Source: Hemiscyllium ocellatum | Lineage: Eukaryota | Assembly (NCBI RefSeq): GCF_020745735.1 | Contig: NC_083401.1 | Coordinates: 167,390,018-167,454,017 of the forward strand | Reading direction: 5' to 3' | DNA length: 64,000 nucleotides | Part shown: piece by piece, positions 49,200 through 63,312 of the stretch | How positions within the stretch are numbered: position 1 is the first letter of the stretch | How the letters are laid out: every line of letters starts with the position of its first letter | Program-made: the position numbers and the translations under genes | The notes under the pieces: model-generated | The model's input: only the letters and a program-made list of their open reading frames with translations | Told to the model about the DNA's origin: nothing | The model's database searches: none

Positions 49200-51310
49200 A
49201 TTTCTCAGGATAGTCCAGTAAAGCTATGTGAATGGAACTCAGAAATAAGAAGGACATGATTACTTTGATACGATTGTAATAGTCCTCCAAGTAGTCAGAG
49301 TGAAATTGAGGAACAAATATTTTGAGAGATCTCATTTATATTTAAGAATAACAGAAGTGTAATAATAGCAAATTTTAACTTTCCAAACAAAAAATGGGGC
49401 AGCCATGGTCTTAAGAGTTTGGATGGTGAGGAATTTGTTAGCTGTTTGAGAAAATATTTTTCATTAATATGTAGATGTAACTACCACTGATGGAGCTAAA
49501 CCTTGTGATATAAGGCCAGGCAAGTGACTGAAGTATTCGTAGGGGAGCAGTTTGGGGCCAGGAATCATAATTCAATTAATTGTAAAATACCTATGGAAAG
49601 GATTGGCATTGTACGTAAGTCAAAGTTCAAAATTGGGCTAGGGCAAATTTTGATAGTATGAGACAAAAACTTTCAAGGGTTAATTGGAGTAGACTGGCAG
49701 CTAAAGGATGGCCAGCAAGAGGGAGGCTTTCAGAAGTGAGATAACGAGACTTCAGAGGCATTATGTTTCTGTTAGAGTGAAGGTAAGGTTGGTAAGTGGA
49801 GGGAACACTAGAGGAAGAAAGATTCCTCTGGTTTAGAAGAACGAGTCATATATTAAACATAGATAAATGAGATCAAATGAATCTTTTCAAGAGTACAAAA
49901 GATGTAGGGACATTCTAAAGAGGGAAATGAGGAGGACAAAAAAGGAATATTGGATAGATTTGGTAGATAATGTCAAGGATAATCCAAAAAGATTCTACCA
50001 ATGCATTAAGAGCAAAGGAGTAGAGTCATAGAGATGTACAATACGGAATTAGACCTGTTGGTCTCACTCGTCAATGCTGACTAGATATCCTAAACTAATC
50101 TATTCCCATTTGCTAGCACTCAGCCCATATCCCTCTAAATTCTTCCTATTCATATACCTATCCAGATGCTTTTTAAATGTTGTCATTGCACCAGCCTCCA
50201 CCACTTCCTCTGGCAGTTCATTCAGTACACACACCACCCTCTCCAGTAAGAGGTCCTTTCAACTTTTTCCCCCTCTCACCCTAAACTTATAGTCTCTAGT
50301 TCTGGACTCTCCCACCACAGGGAAATGACCTTGTCTGTTTACTATATCCACACTACCTCATGATTTTATAAACCTTTATAAAGTCACCCCTCAGCCTCCG
50401 ACGCTCCAGAGAAATCAGACCCAGCCTATTCATCCTCTCCCTTTATTACTCTATGGCTGTGATATGTATCATCTTAGAGGGATAGCTTCATAAATCACGT
50501 TGCATTTTATATAAATGCCATTTTCTTTTAATAGCAGTTGGTTTAAAATCGAGCATGGATGCCTTTTTAATTTGATACCAGTAACATGGAAAGACTTGGG
50601 GAAATAAACTGCAAGAGAAACATTCTGAGGGATTCTGAGGGATCTCAGAAAATTACATCAGTCACTGGCAATTTCACTATAGATTCCAAAGGCATAAAAA
50701 TGCAAATAAAATTCTAAGCATTATCTCTAAAGGGAGAGTTTTGAAAGTAGGCTCCCTATAAAAATTTGGTTGACTATAATTAAGATTATTGCGTGCAGTT
50801 CCAGTTGGCATGTTATATAATGGATAGGGTAGCACAAGAGAGAGTGAAGAGAAGATTTCTAAGAATGATACACAGGTTTCTGGCAGTGTATATCACGATA
50901 GTATTGTTGTGCTGTTCACTTCTCTCTTGAAAAGAAGGCTGACGGTTCTAAAATTATGGAAGGTTTTGATAAGAGAAGGTACAGAGAAAACATTTTCTCT
51001 ATTGGGGTAGAGCATAACTAGAGTCTGTCAATATAAGACAGTGCCCAAGAAATCCAAAAGAGAAATCAGAAGAAACCTTCTCACTGAAAGAATGATGAGA
51101 ACAGGGAATATGTGACCACACAAAATGGGTGAAGTCAATAGTTTAGATGTATTTCAAGGAGACTAGGTGAGCACGTGGAAGAGATGAGAATAGACAATGA
51201 CTATGGTCAGGTTAGATGATGGAAGAAGTGATACAGCTTGAGTAGAACATAAGCACTGGCATGGACTGATTGTGCCAAATGGGCTATTTCTGTTCTGGAT
51301 ATCCTCTGCA
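49200..51310. mobile_element. Cluster of old CR1 fragments (+ strand ORF2 pieces; - strand 3' end at ~50025-50440)
   Basis: CR1 endonuclease, RT and 3' UTR phrases. Confidence 0.7.
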
Positions 51311-52129
51311 ATCTTACGTAGAAAATCATCATTGCATGAAACAAAAAGTGTATTAACAACATATAGAGGAATTGTAAAGTTTTTCATAAAAAGTCTCAAG
51401 TGTACAGCACTGAATGTAAATGATTTTAACAAATTCCACTCCTCACTATTTGCTTGATAGCAATGAAACAGCATTATTCACAATAGTCTTACTAGGAGTA
51501 GGACTAACCCATTGTCCATGCGCCAATTGGGGGATCATAAGTGGCTCATTAATGGCCTTAGTAGGAGCTGCCAACTTGACCCTGGCAACATTGGGTACAC
51601 CTTAGACCCCACGACTTCATCCAATCACTTACTTTGATTTCCAGTTACAGTAATGATCGCTACAGTGTACAGGAGACTGTTCCAGCATGCAGATGAGATA
51701 TGCTGTTGTGAGCAATAAGGTACTTCTTTCAGAGGGACAAATTCAATATTCAAGAACATGAAGGGGTGCCAAACTTTCTAAATTGATTAAGGTCAACAAA
51801 AACATTCTTGACCTAACTGTCAAATTCCAAACTGTGACTAGGGATGAGTTCAATAAAAAATGGTAGAAGTATAGAAAACACCACTTACGTCCATCAGAAA
51901 TGAATGGTCCACTATTTGGAATGGAGCAGTGCATTTGAAAGTTAATGAGGAGCGGTAATGTTTTGTGTTGGGCATGTGCACAGTTTGAAGGTGTTTCCTG
52001 ATTCAGTTTTGCTAAAGGTTTGACAGTTACATTCCAATTAGAAACAATTAAATCTGCCAAAGTGGGCATTAAATTGTCATATTTATGAGATGCTTTAACT
52101 GGGAAAAGATCCATTGAGTGCCAAACAGG

Positions 52130-53120
52130 AGAAGATTGTTAGCATGTATCATTGGTCCACTGCTTTTTGTTATTTACATAAAGAATTTGGAGGTGGGCTT
52201 AAGAGTTGTAGTTAGTAAATTTGCAGATGACACCAAAATTGGAGATGTACTGGACAGTGAAGATTACCTTAGATGGGATCTTGATCAAATGGGTCAATAG
52301 GCTGAGGAGTGGCAGAAAGAGTTTTTTTAGAAATGTGAGGTGCTGCATTTTGGAAAAGCAAATCTTAGCAGGACTTATACACTTAATGGTAAGGTCCTGG
52401 GGAGTGTTGCTGAACAAAGAGACCTTGGAGTACAGGTTCATAGCTCATTCAAAGTGGAGTCGCAGGTCGACAGGATAGTGAAAAAGGTGCTTGGTATGCT
52501 TTCCTTTATTGGTCACAGTATTGAGTACAGGAGTTGTGTCAGGACAAGACATTGGTTAGACCATTTTTGGAATATTGCGTGCAATTCTGATCTCATTCCC
52601 ATTGGAAAGATGTTGTGAACCTTGAAAGGGCTCAGAAAAGATTTACAGGGATGTTGCCAGGGTTGGAGGATTTGAGCAATAGGGAGAGGTTAAATAGGCT
52701 GGGGCTATTTTCCCTGGACCGTTGGAGGCTTGGATTGACCTGATAGAGGTTAATAAAATCATGAGGAGCACGGATAAGATAAATAGACAATATCTTTTAC
52801 CTGGGGTGGAGGAGACTAGAACTAGAGGTCTTAGGTTTAAGGTGAGAGGAGAAAGATATAAAAGAGACATAAGGGGCAACTTTTCACGCAGAAGGTGGTA
52901 CGTGTATGGAATGAGCTGGCAGAGGAAGTGGTGGAGGCTGGTACAATTGCAACATTTAAAAGGCATCTGAAAGAGCATACCAGTAGGAAGGGTTTGGAGG
53001 GATATGAGCCTGGTGCTGGCACGTGAGAGTAGATTGGGTTGGGATGTCTAGTCGGCATTGACAAGTTGGAATCAAAGGGTCTGCTTCCATGTTGTACATC
53101 TGTATGAATATATGACTCTA
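52130..53120 (+). mobile_element. CR1 3' half
   Basis: GPLLFVIYIKNL..SKFADDTKIGD through the 3' UTR. Confidence 0.9.
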
Positions 53121-53859
53121 TGATATGACTGCAGTATATATTGATTTTTTTTCAACTTTCTCAGAGGTTTGCAGGACATTGTGGTCTGTTATTTTTTGAG
53201 GAATGGTGTGAGGGGTGCGGGGGCATGTAATAGTACTGGGAGGCAGAGAGTTAGGTAGTCAATTTTTTCAATATGTTCAACCTCATTGCATCGTCCAATG
53301 CTTGGAAATGAACAACTGAAGACCTGAACATTGAAGGGCTAGAAATGATTATTGAAAGATTTTGTGTTAATGCATGCTGAGTTGTTCATTGGCTTTTAAC
53401 TGGGAGATGGGAGGATTGGGAAAATCGCAGGGAGGGAGTCTGGCGCCTTCCCATCGCGAATCCAAGCTGACATAGAACAGTTCTCTTTGACATCTTGACT
53501 CTCCACGTGGTCTCGGGCCTGACGGCATCATTTCCCGGATAGTGCCAACTTTCACAACCTCAGTGATAATCAGCATGAACTGTAGGGGTGAGAAATGTGC
53601 TGATCTGTCATCCCTCTCACTGGACTAGCAGCTCTTGAAACTAAGCCACTTGAAACTCACCGTCAACTGATGAGTAACTCTGACAACAATCACTTCACTG
53701 GTCACTGTTGGTAACATGCCATCCACAGCTAAGGCCAAAGCCTCCAGGTTTCAGTCCCAGCATCAGGTCTGCAGCATTAACTACAAGCTTCCACCTCCGA
53801 TATCTTTTTACAATACTAACAATAGAACAAAGGTTAGAATGACAGTCAATGATTTCTTT

Positions 53860-54100
53860 AATGTAAAATAACAAACTGCGGATGCTGAAAATCTGAAGAA
53901 AAACAGAAGCTGCTGCAGTAAATTAACATGCTTTGCAGCATCTGAGGAGAGAAAGCAGCGTTCACGTTGAATTAAGTGACTCTTCCTCAGAGAGATCTGA
54001 AGTTCTGAACAAGAGGCATTTAACTAAAAACATTAACTCTGTTTTCTCTCCACAGGTGTAACCAGATCTGCTATCTTTTAGTACAAAGCCACAAATTGTA
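53860..54100. mobile_element. Degenerate palindromic Penelope-derived short element
   Basis: Same layout as the 11850 element, more eroded. Confidence 0.5.
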
Positions 54101-54357
54101 TTCAACTTACATTTCAATGACTGCCTCAGTTCCTGGAGAACCAGAATCGCCAGCTCCATTGCACTTTCAGCAGTTGATATTTTCAGAGCTGCACATGGTC
54201 ATCAAGTACTTTTTAATTCAATATAAGCAAACATTTATGTTCACAATAAAATCACTTTTATAAATTTGAATAGGAGTGTCTTGATTTCAAGCCACTGACA
54301 GTGGGGCTGGAACATGGAAACAAAGGACGTGACAAACCTATTTCTTCAATACTTTAC

Positions 54358-54485
54358 ACGTTTAGGGTGTAGGTTTGCTCGCTGAGCTGTAGGTTTGATA
54401 TCCGTATGGATATCAAACCTATAGCGCAGTGAGCAAACATATACCCTAAACCTCAACCTGAGCTACAAACCTTCACAAACCTTGC
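54358..54485. mobile_element. Fold-back Penelope 3'-end fragment
   Basis: Imperfect 43-bp arms 54361-54403 and 54408-54450, then tail ctgagctacaaaccttcacaaacc related to the tail of the 22.9-kb element; ACTTTAC at 54351-54357 and 54486-54492. Confidence 0.75.
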
Positions 54486-57400
54486 ACTTTACTCATGTTG
54501 TATAGTCTGGAAAAGTCTCAAATAAAGAGATTATAGAAAGGCGGCTAATTATCCATTTTTTCCAGTGAAGAGCTTTGGATGCTGAATCTACATACAGGAT
54601 TGAATCTTCTTCATCAATGGGTATTGACTCAGCAATTGCAAACATTAATAGTAGCACAGAAAATTTGTTGCTCTGCCATCATTCTGATGTCGCCATCAGG
54701 GCTTGAGATTGAGCCATTTCATTCCTGGGATAGTGACTCAGCAACAGCTTTATTGATCAGGTCACATCAGCAGCATGCCACTCTTGGTGGTGCCATCCAT
54801 TACAGCAGCACTGGCTCCAGCTCTCAGTCCAATTTGCAAGGCTTCACCACAATTCACAACATTATTACTGCAAATTAATTGTTTGAAGAAAACCCACCAC
54901 AATCTAACTTTTAGGAAAAATACACACTTGGGAGGCAGAGCCCAGCAATTTCTGTAATGTGCTAACTTTGGCCTGGACTACTGCACTTGACGTTGTACTA
55001 GGATGTATGCAGAAGGAAATACCTACATACCTTCATAAGAATTGCTGGCTATCCAACAATTACCTTTATTCCAAACACAATATTAATCAGGAATTAAATT
55101 GCTCTTTGGATCAAACTGACACTTTAATTTCTTCAGTTGTTCCTGATGGACTATAGGTTTCATTTCCCTCGAAGTTTGGATTTTCATGTTTACTATGTCT
55201 GCAAATGGTAATAAAAGATAAATGAAATTATGTAAGTGAGTATTTGCCTCCAACCCACAATTGCGTGCCAGCTGTTTGAAACTCAGCTGATTCTGGATTT
55301 AGTACTGCAGCCTGCATTCAGTTGTTTATGTGAAACTGGTCACACTCCAAATGGGTGACTGCAACTGATGGTGAACTTGTTCTCCAAAACCTTGCTGGGG
55401 TTTGATGAACACTGTTGCTGGTGATAATGGTTAGAGACAGAAATAGGATACCTAGTTCTTGACTGCATTCATATTCAGAGTTTAGAAACTTTAATAACAA
55501 AATGCAAGCAAACTTCCAATGAAATGTCTTTGATGTCCTCTCCTTGTACAATATTTTTGAAGAAACGTCTGAAGCCCTAATAATAATGCAGATGACAAAG
55601 AGACAGTAATGCAACTGCTGTTGCCTGGAGTGGTGTTCACTGCACTGCTGCGTGATGTTTTCATGAGAAGTCACTATGATATCTTACAGTAACTGCCAGC
55701 TCACCAGTAATTTCCTTTCTATTTTGTGTACTCTGAATGAAGCAAAACCTTAATCACGTATTGTTTTCAAACCTTCATTTTCATGATAGATTTTGGAGTG
55801 TGTGGTTTTCCATCTACCTTGTACTTTGGAGTGTTATCTGCAAATGATCAGAAAAGTGTTCTTCAGTCATTCTAAGTGTACATCTATATCCACAATAAAA
55901 TCATCATTATTAACTTGCAAAACTGTGTCAGTAATTCAAGACATCAACAGCCAGTTTTGTTAAAACAGGTCAATACATAATTACAATAAATGCTGATTTA
56001 TTTCCCCAAAACCTTCATTGGCTGTTTGCAAGACAAAATAGAGAGGCTGGAGTGTAGAAGTAAAGAAAAAGGAGCTAAGATGCAACAAATTAATTTCTTC
56101 AATATTTTATACTTGTTGCAAAGTCTCAACATATCTGAACTAAAGAGTCCTAGGCTCAAATAGACACCGGTAATCAATTTTCAAATATCACCAATGAAGA
56201 CCTTTGGTATCATCTCTACATACTTGGCTGAATTTTCCAAGTAAACTGGCATTTGCCAAGATGCTCATGAGTCAGGCCAAGTGGAGGGTAGTTCAGGAAG
56301 ATTGCTCAACTCCCTTCTATATTACATTGTCAGTGATGGGAAAAGTAATTGACTTGACCACCCATTAAGACCACAAATTAAGTCACCAATTGAGAGTCAC
56401 TCGTATCTGAGAGTCTTGTGAATAGTAGAGATCCTAAACTCCCACAGTAAGCATTGGCCTACAAATCTCTTTCATACAGGCTCAGAATACAAACCACTAA
56501 TGGCAGCAAAGGAAAGATTGCTAATCTGCCTTTACCCTGATTTCACTGTCAGCTCCTCGGAACATGCCATTTCAACAATGGTATAATGACCAGGCAGCAG
56601 CTTCTGTCATAGCTACTGTCAGTACCATGCCACCCTTGGTGCTGTCAACCATCACGATTGGCTTCAGCTCTCAGTTCAAGTGGCAGGGCTTCACCAAACT
56701 TCATAAAATCACATGTAAATGTCACATGTAAAAAATAACACTTTCCAACTTCTAGATGTAATACATGCTTTGTGGGTTAAACCCAAGTTTTCTTACTGTC
56801 GTAACAAGGGCCTGGAATGAGGTTTGCTTCATGGTTCCTGGATGCATATGGAAATATCCACATAACTTCACAGCTACTGCTTGGTCTCGAGTAACTGCCT
56901 TTGAGAACGTAATATTAAAATAAGTACCGATCACATAAAAGATCAAGCATATTTTCTAGTTATTGCAAACAATCCTGGAGAGCTATATTTTCCATATCCC
57001 TTGCAGTTTGGATTGCCTACCTTACCATGCCTGTAACTGGTCAGGCAAGATAACCTAAGTCCTTAAGTTAACATTTGCCTCCAGTTACTACTGAGTACCA
57101 GTTGCTTGAATGGCTGAAGACTCTGGGTTCAGAATTGCAGCTTGTGTTCAGCTGCTTTTGTAAACTTCTCATAGTCCAGATAGATACTGCAATTATTGCT
57201 GATTTTGTTCTTCAACCCCTTTCATAGGCCTGATAGACACTATAGCTGGTGATAAGGGTGAGAGAGAGAAATTGAATCCCATTTTTTGAATATATTCATT
57301 TCAAGAGACTAACATGAACAGGGATAAGTAACCCAAATTTGAATTCTTAAAGGCGAGCAAGTTTGAATTCAAGCTTCTTTGATGTCCTCTCCCAAAACTG

Positions 57401-58199
57401 TTTTCAAAACTTTCACAGGGGATTTGAAAGACACCACAGGCAGACTGAGTGAAGGGGAGGAGATAGGAATCCTAAATTTTCAATATATTTATTCTTGTTT
57501 CAGAGTCAGCTATCTAAATATTCAACCACAAATTGAGATCGGAATATTGAATGCATAAACTATTTTCCACTAACCACTTTTGAATGTTTTGCATTGATGC
57601 AACTTTTTAAAGCAAACAAAATCCTTAATCTTTCAGAAAAATGCAAAAGTTATATGCACATTAAAGTAACTTCATTAATGTGACCGCTGTCAGCTGGTGT
57701 TTGTTGCATTGCTCTAACATGTACTCATAACAGAAGCCATATAACATAGAACTTAAAGGAAGTGACACTAATTTTCTTTCACATTGTTGTGTTCTGGACA
57801 AAACTTAATTAAGTCATACATTGGACTAAAACTTATTTTGTGCTCAGTACATTCATTACTGAAATCTCTTCTGCCTTGGAACAGTCACCGTTTTCCATAT
57901 CTCCAATTGATATTACTGCACAAATTAAGTGACTTTAAACAAACTGTTGAAACATTCAAGCATTGAAAAAACTTTGAAGATTGAGGATTTCGGCATTAGA
58001 AAGTTGTTTGTAAAACTTTACATTGAAACTCCAATTTGGCATTTTAATCAACCTGCCACATCTCATGTAAACAGGGATGAGTTACACAGTCAACATGATT
58101 ATGCCTCCTCATCTAATTGTAACTTTAAATCCACGCTCCTACCTTTCCTGATAACATTTCACTACACCTCTCTCAACAAGAATCCATTTATCTTGCCTT

Positions 58200-58870
58200 T
58201 AAAATGTTTCAGAGTCCTGCTCTAATAACTTTTCAGAGATTCCACATTTTGAGAGAAAAAAACAATCACCTCGTCTCTTTTAAATGGACAATCAGTCACA
58301 TTTAGACAGTACCCTTCATTCTAGTCTCTTCTGTGAGAGGAAGCATCTTGTTTCAGTCAACTTCCCTCTTCCTCCCCTAAATACAAAATGACACAAGTCT
58401 AGCCTATCCACACTTCCTTTGTACAACAAGTTACTCAGTAGGTATTGTTCTGGTAAACCTTCTATGAATTGCCTCCAGTATATTTACTTTCTTCCTTAAA
58501 CAAAGTGGCCAATATGAATTAGATACAGCCTCATCAGTACTCCCTACTTTTGTGTTTAAATTCCCCCATGATAAAATGAAAACATTTCTTTGCTTTCCTA
58601 ACTACTTGCTGTATCTGTATGCTTGCATTTTGTGATTCATGCACTGTTACAATCTGATCCCACTGCATCTCAGAGTTATGGAATTTCCCATTAAAAATAA
58701 AATTGCTTTACTTCTGTCAAAATGGACAACTTCACATTTATCCACATAAATCTCTATTTGTCAGGTCTTTGAATACTCACTTAACCTGTATTTCTCTATG
58801 GGATGCCTATTTCCCCTTAGGTTAATTTTTTAACCCTTCTTTGTCTCATCAGCAAATCTGTCAGTTGTAT
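58200..58870 (-). mobile_element. Old CR1 fragment
   Basis: Reverse CR1 phrases (aaaatggacaacttcacatttatccacat; tcatcagcaaat). Confidence 0.65.
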
Positions 58871-59038
58871 ATTCATTCATTCGTAAGTCATGGACTGTTG
58901 ATCAATACTTGGAAAAATTGAGCAGAAACTGAATTTTTATAAATGGTTGCTCAAGTTATATCATCCTAACCATTCTGACCTGCAGTTAATTCCCTTGGAT
59001 CTAATTAGAGAATACTGAAACAAAAATAGAATTCTAGT

Positions 59039-59060
59039 CACACACACACACACACACACA
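59039..59060. repeat. (CA)n microsatellite
   Basis: Direct read. Confidence 0.9.
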
Positions 59061-60299
59061 AAACGGAGAAAGGTAAATCTTTAAATGCAAGATGTCTATA
59101 AGACAATTGGATACCATAAATGTTCATTGTACTATGATAACCTTTTAGCCAAACTGCAATGGTTGACTCAAACAGCAATGTTAAGCACAACACCCCTCTG
59201 GTTGGAAAAGGGATTGAACTGTTGAATGTCACATAACAAGGACGCAACTTAGTTGTTGACTTCGTAAAAATGCCAAGATGCCAGTTGCAGATGGAAAATT
59301 CCATCAAAAGCTAAGAAACCAGCCAGGAATCCAAGAAGCCAAACTAATAAACGGCTATAGCGTGAAAGGAAGACACAGTAAATACAAGCAAGAAATTACT
59401 GTCTTAGCCTGAGCTACTTTAGAGTTTAATGAGAACAAATCTCCTGAAATTTGAACGAACCTCAGTTTCCTGAGATTCCTTGGTTTTACAAGATTTTCAC
59501 TTCACCTTCAAAAGAGTACCACCATCTAAGATGACTACAAGCCTAACACAAAAATGAATGAGAAAGCAATAACTTGCACCATATTTTTTAAACTTATTTT
59601 TTCTAACTTGAGCGATAATGTGAGATACATGAGTAATGACGGTATTCAGACAGATAATATGACACATCACTGCAACAGTAGAAGTTGAACCTGGACCTTT
59701 TCAGCAGGAAGTCGGGACATTATCACTGCTTCAGCGTGTAGGATAAGGTCTTCCAGCATACTTTTTAAAAAGACAAAAATGGGAGCTTTTCTGATGAAAT
59801 TGAAAGAAAATTAAAGCCCAGGTCTACAGAGTTTTATGTACAGAGGGGGCAGTCAAACGGCTAAGTTTATGTCTCCAAGTATAAAAGCTCTACTGTCCCT
59901 TACTGAAGGGTAGATGGAGGTTATCGGTTCACAACCGATGACCTGAGAGACGTTTCCAGACAACTTGCTTCAGTGATGCACTGCCAGAACAATTAATAGC
60001 AAAATTTACTCGACTGAAGAACCTTCTCTATCATCCCCATTAAACAAAGGATATGCTCACTCGTCTAGGAGGATGTACTAGCACTGACATTGACTCCAAG
60101 CCCCATGAACCTATTATAAGGATTGGCCACCAAATGCTTGGTCAGAAATTTGGTTTTAAGGAATACAACGAAGCTATTCCCTTAATAAGGTTATGTTATT
60201 TTTTTTCAGAGAGATAGTAAAAGGCACAGTCTCCGAAAATTCTGAGTTGAAGGGTTACAGTGCTGATGTGATTGTAGCTAATAGATATTGCCTCAGGCA

Positions 60300-61810
60300 A
60301 CATGCTTTCAAGATTTTGGAAAATAAAACCCTTGTACCATGAAAGGAGATTGGTCAGTTCTCTCAGCTCAGCTTTCTCTCGTTTGGTTTGGTTTTTAGCA
60401 GTGGTAACAGCTGCTGGACACAAAGAAACAGAACCAGGCTGACCTCTCTCTGACTTCTCCTTTATAAGGTAAAAAATCAAATGACATCAGGTTATAGTCT
60501 TATGAGGGCATCCTTGACTACCTTCAAGTGTTTGTCACGTTCCTCCTCATCTGAACAGATCCTGTGTATGCACAGGTCTTAACTATAGGGGATGGCTGTT
60601 TTAATACGTTTCGGGTGGAAGCTAGAGAAGTGTAGCAACATGAGGTTATCTGTGTGTTTGCGGTAGACAGAGGTACTGAGGTGCCCATTCTTGGTGGAGA
60701 TGTGTCTGTCCAAGAATGAAACAAATATTAAAGAGTAGTCCATTCTAAGTCTAATGATGGGATAACACTCTTTGATATCACTGTATAGTTGTTTCAGTGA
60801 CTCCTCATTATGGGTCCAGACGAATAAAATGTCATCAATGTACCTGGTGTATAGTGTTAGTTGGAGATCCTGTGCAGAACAGAAGTCTCGTTCAAACTTG
60901 TGCATGAAAATGTTGGCATATTGGGGTGCAAATTTCTTCCGGGAGGAAGTGAGGACTGCAGATGCTGGAGAATCAGAGTTGAGAGTGTGGTGCTGGAAAA
61001 GCACAGCAGGTCAGGCAGCATCCGAGGAGCAGGAGAGTGATGTTCGGGCATAAGCCCTTCATTCGCTTGTGTCCTGACTTGCCCTGCTTTTCCAGCACCA
61101 CAGTCTTGACTGCAAATTTGGTCCCCATGGCTGTTCCTTGTGTCTGGATGAAGAACTGGTTGTCAAAGGTGAAAACATTGCAGTCAACGATGAAACGGAT
61201 GAGTTGTACGATGGTGATCAGAGATTGGCAGTTGTTGGTGTTGAGTAATGAGGCTGTAGCTGTGATGCCATCATTGTGGGGCATGCTGGTGTGGAGTGCT
61301 GAAAGGTCCATTGTGATGAGGAATATTCCCAGTTAGACTGGGCTTTGGGTGCTGAGTTTCTGTAAGAAATCCGTGACAGTGTTGCAACAAAAGCTGTGGT
61401 CCCATGTATGATGGGTTTCAAGATGCCCTCGACATAGCCAGAGAGGTTCTCACACCGGGTCGCAGTGCCTGATACGATGGGACGTCCTGATGTGCTGCCT
61501 TTGTATATCTTTGGAAGGCAGGAGAAGTCACTTGTGCGGGAAGTATGTGGGATGAGAGCACGTTGGGAAATTTGAAGGACACTATGTTTGACTTTACCTT
61601 TTGTGCCAAAGGGTGTTTATGGGGATTTTAGCATGTACATGGAAAAGCAGTATTAATTTTGGATAATCTGTTGAGTTTTCGGAGAAGTTGTTATTCTGTA
61701 TTCTGTATTCTGTTCACTTTTGTTTGTGTTTCTTACAGTAATCTAGTAAATAAATTATGTTTTGTTTAAAACTAAATGGTTGACTAGCTGCATCTCTTCT
61801 GGAATAAACC
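60300..61810. mobile_element. LTR-like segment interrupted by a minus-strand Penelope-like RT remnant (60520-61600), itself carrying a short hammerhead element (~60945-61065)
   Basis: APQYANIFMH..YTRYIDDILFVWTH..YRKHTD (PLE RT), MDLSALHTSMPH, GTAMGTKF; LTR call on the flanks is tentative. Confidence 0.65.
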
Positions 61811-61829
61811 ACCTTGAAGGTTGTTTGGT

Positions 61830-62870
61830 CACTAGGACAACGGCTGATTGGACACAGTGCAACAATTGCCAGACAGGGGTGTTCTCTTCCAGTTGGGGAT
61901 CAATTGAGTGGTCAGCAACATTCGGTCTCAGATCTTCGAGTAACCATCCTCCAAGGCAGACTTCGGAACACACACCAATGCAGAGAGGCTGAGCAGACTC
62001 TGATAGCTAAGTTCAGTACACACGAGTATCGCCTCAACCCGAACGTTGGGTACACGTCACATCACAGGTGACTCCCTACACTATACTCTCTCTCTCTCAC
62101 ACACACACACACACTCACGCAAAACACTGTATCATACACACACTCTCTATCATACACACTCACACACTCTTACGTACTCACTCTCACGCAGACCCTGTCT
62201 CATACACATGCTCTCTATCATACACACAAACACACACACGCACACAGCCCCACACTCACCCCCACTCACATTCCTTCTCACAGGCTTATACTCACACACC
62301 CTTTAACAAGCATGTCCACATGCAAACATACACTTTCTCATGTGCACTCATATTCAGACGCACACACTCACATTCTCTCTCTAATATAAGTCTTTGAGGT
62401 CAATTTTCATTTGCAGAATTATATTTGCAGATGCACCTGTTTTGTTCAAAACGTGCACAATCTGCAGGCAGTCAATACAGGCAGTCAATCCATGTAATTT
62501 TTATAAATTCCACTTTGGAAATAAAACCAGTCTGATTCAAGATTTGGATGCAGAGAGACTCTAACGTCACCCCTATAATGCATTGTCTGAGCTATGTCAC
62601 CTTTGTACATTAAACCATAAGTTATCTTGAGAATGTGATTAGAAGAGGTTCTTGGATTTACATATTAATGAAATGAATCCTGCCATCCATTCTAAATGAT
62701 GAAAGACTTAACAGAATCTGTATTTGTTCGATTTATTGTATCAGTTGCATGACAGTGAAAACTTTGCAATAAATTCTGTGTTTTATGGCCCCGCTCCACA
62801 GCTACCTAATGAAGGAGCATTGCTCCAAAAGCTAGTCCTTCCAAATAAACCTGCTGGACTATAACCTGGT
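61830..62870 (+). mobile_element. Penelope-like 3' part (GIY-YIG end, CA-rich tract, terminal hammerhead-like motif)
   Basis: DLRVTILQG..EAEQTLIAKFSTHEYRLN; terminal cctaatgaaggagcattgctccaaaagctag (eroded core). Confidence 0.7.
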
Positions 62871-63129
62871 ATGATATTGTTTTCAACCACGTCCTATATC
62901 AAGACAGCTTCACCAGCTATAGAGAGTGGTAAAAGGAGTAAAAGGTTGCCCAGCATCCTTCAAGTTCCTTTCCATTTTCTTGGCCTATCAATTCCGCTCC
63001 ATGAAGACATCTCAACAGAAACAAAGCTACTGGGAATTTGACAATGTCAAGCAAATTTTGCTGCACATTAGCTACTATGCATAAAAGCATTGGCGTACCC
63101 TGCAAAACAAACATTGATTAATTCATCTA

Positions 63130-63312
63130 CAGTTTCCACACTGTAAGTAATCTAATCTTTGAACTGGGGGAGGAAACTGGTGCACCTGGAGAAAACCCAC
63201 GCAGTCACAGGGAAAACGTGCAAGCTCCATACAGTCGCCCAAGACTGGAATCGAACCCGGGTCCCTACCACTGTGAGGCAGCAGTGTTAATCACTGAGGC
63301 ACTGTGCTGCCT
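63130..63312 (-). mobile_element. HE1-type SINE, internally shortened
   Basis: Reverse complement of the head and part of the body. Confidence 0.8.
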
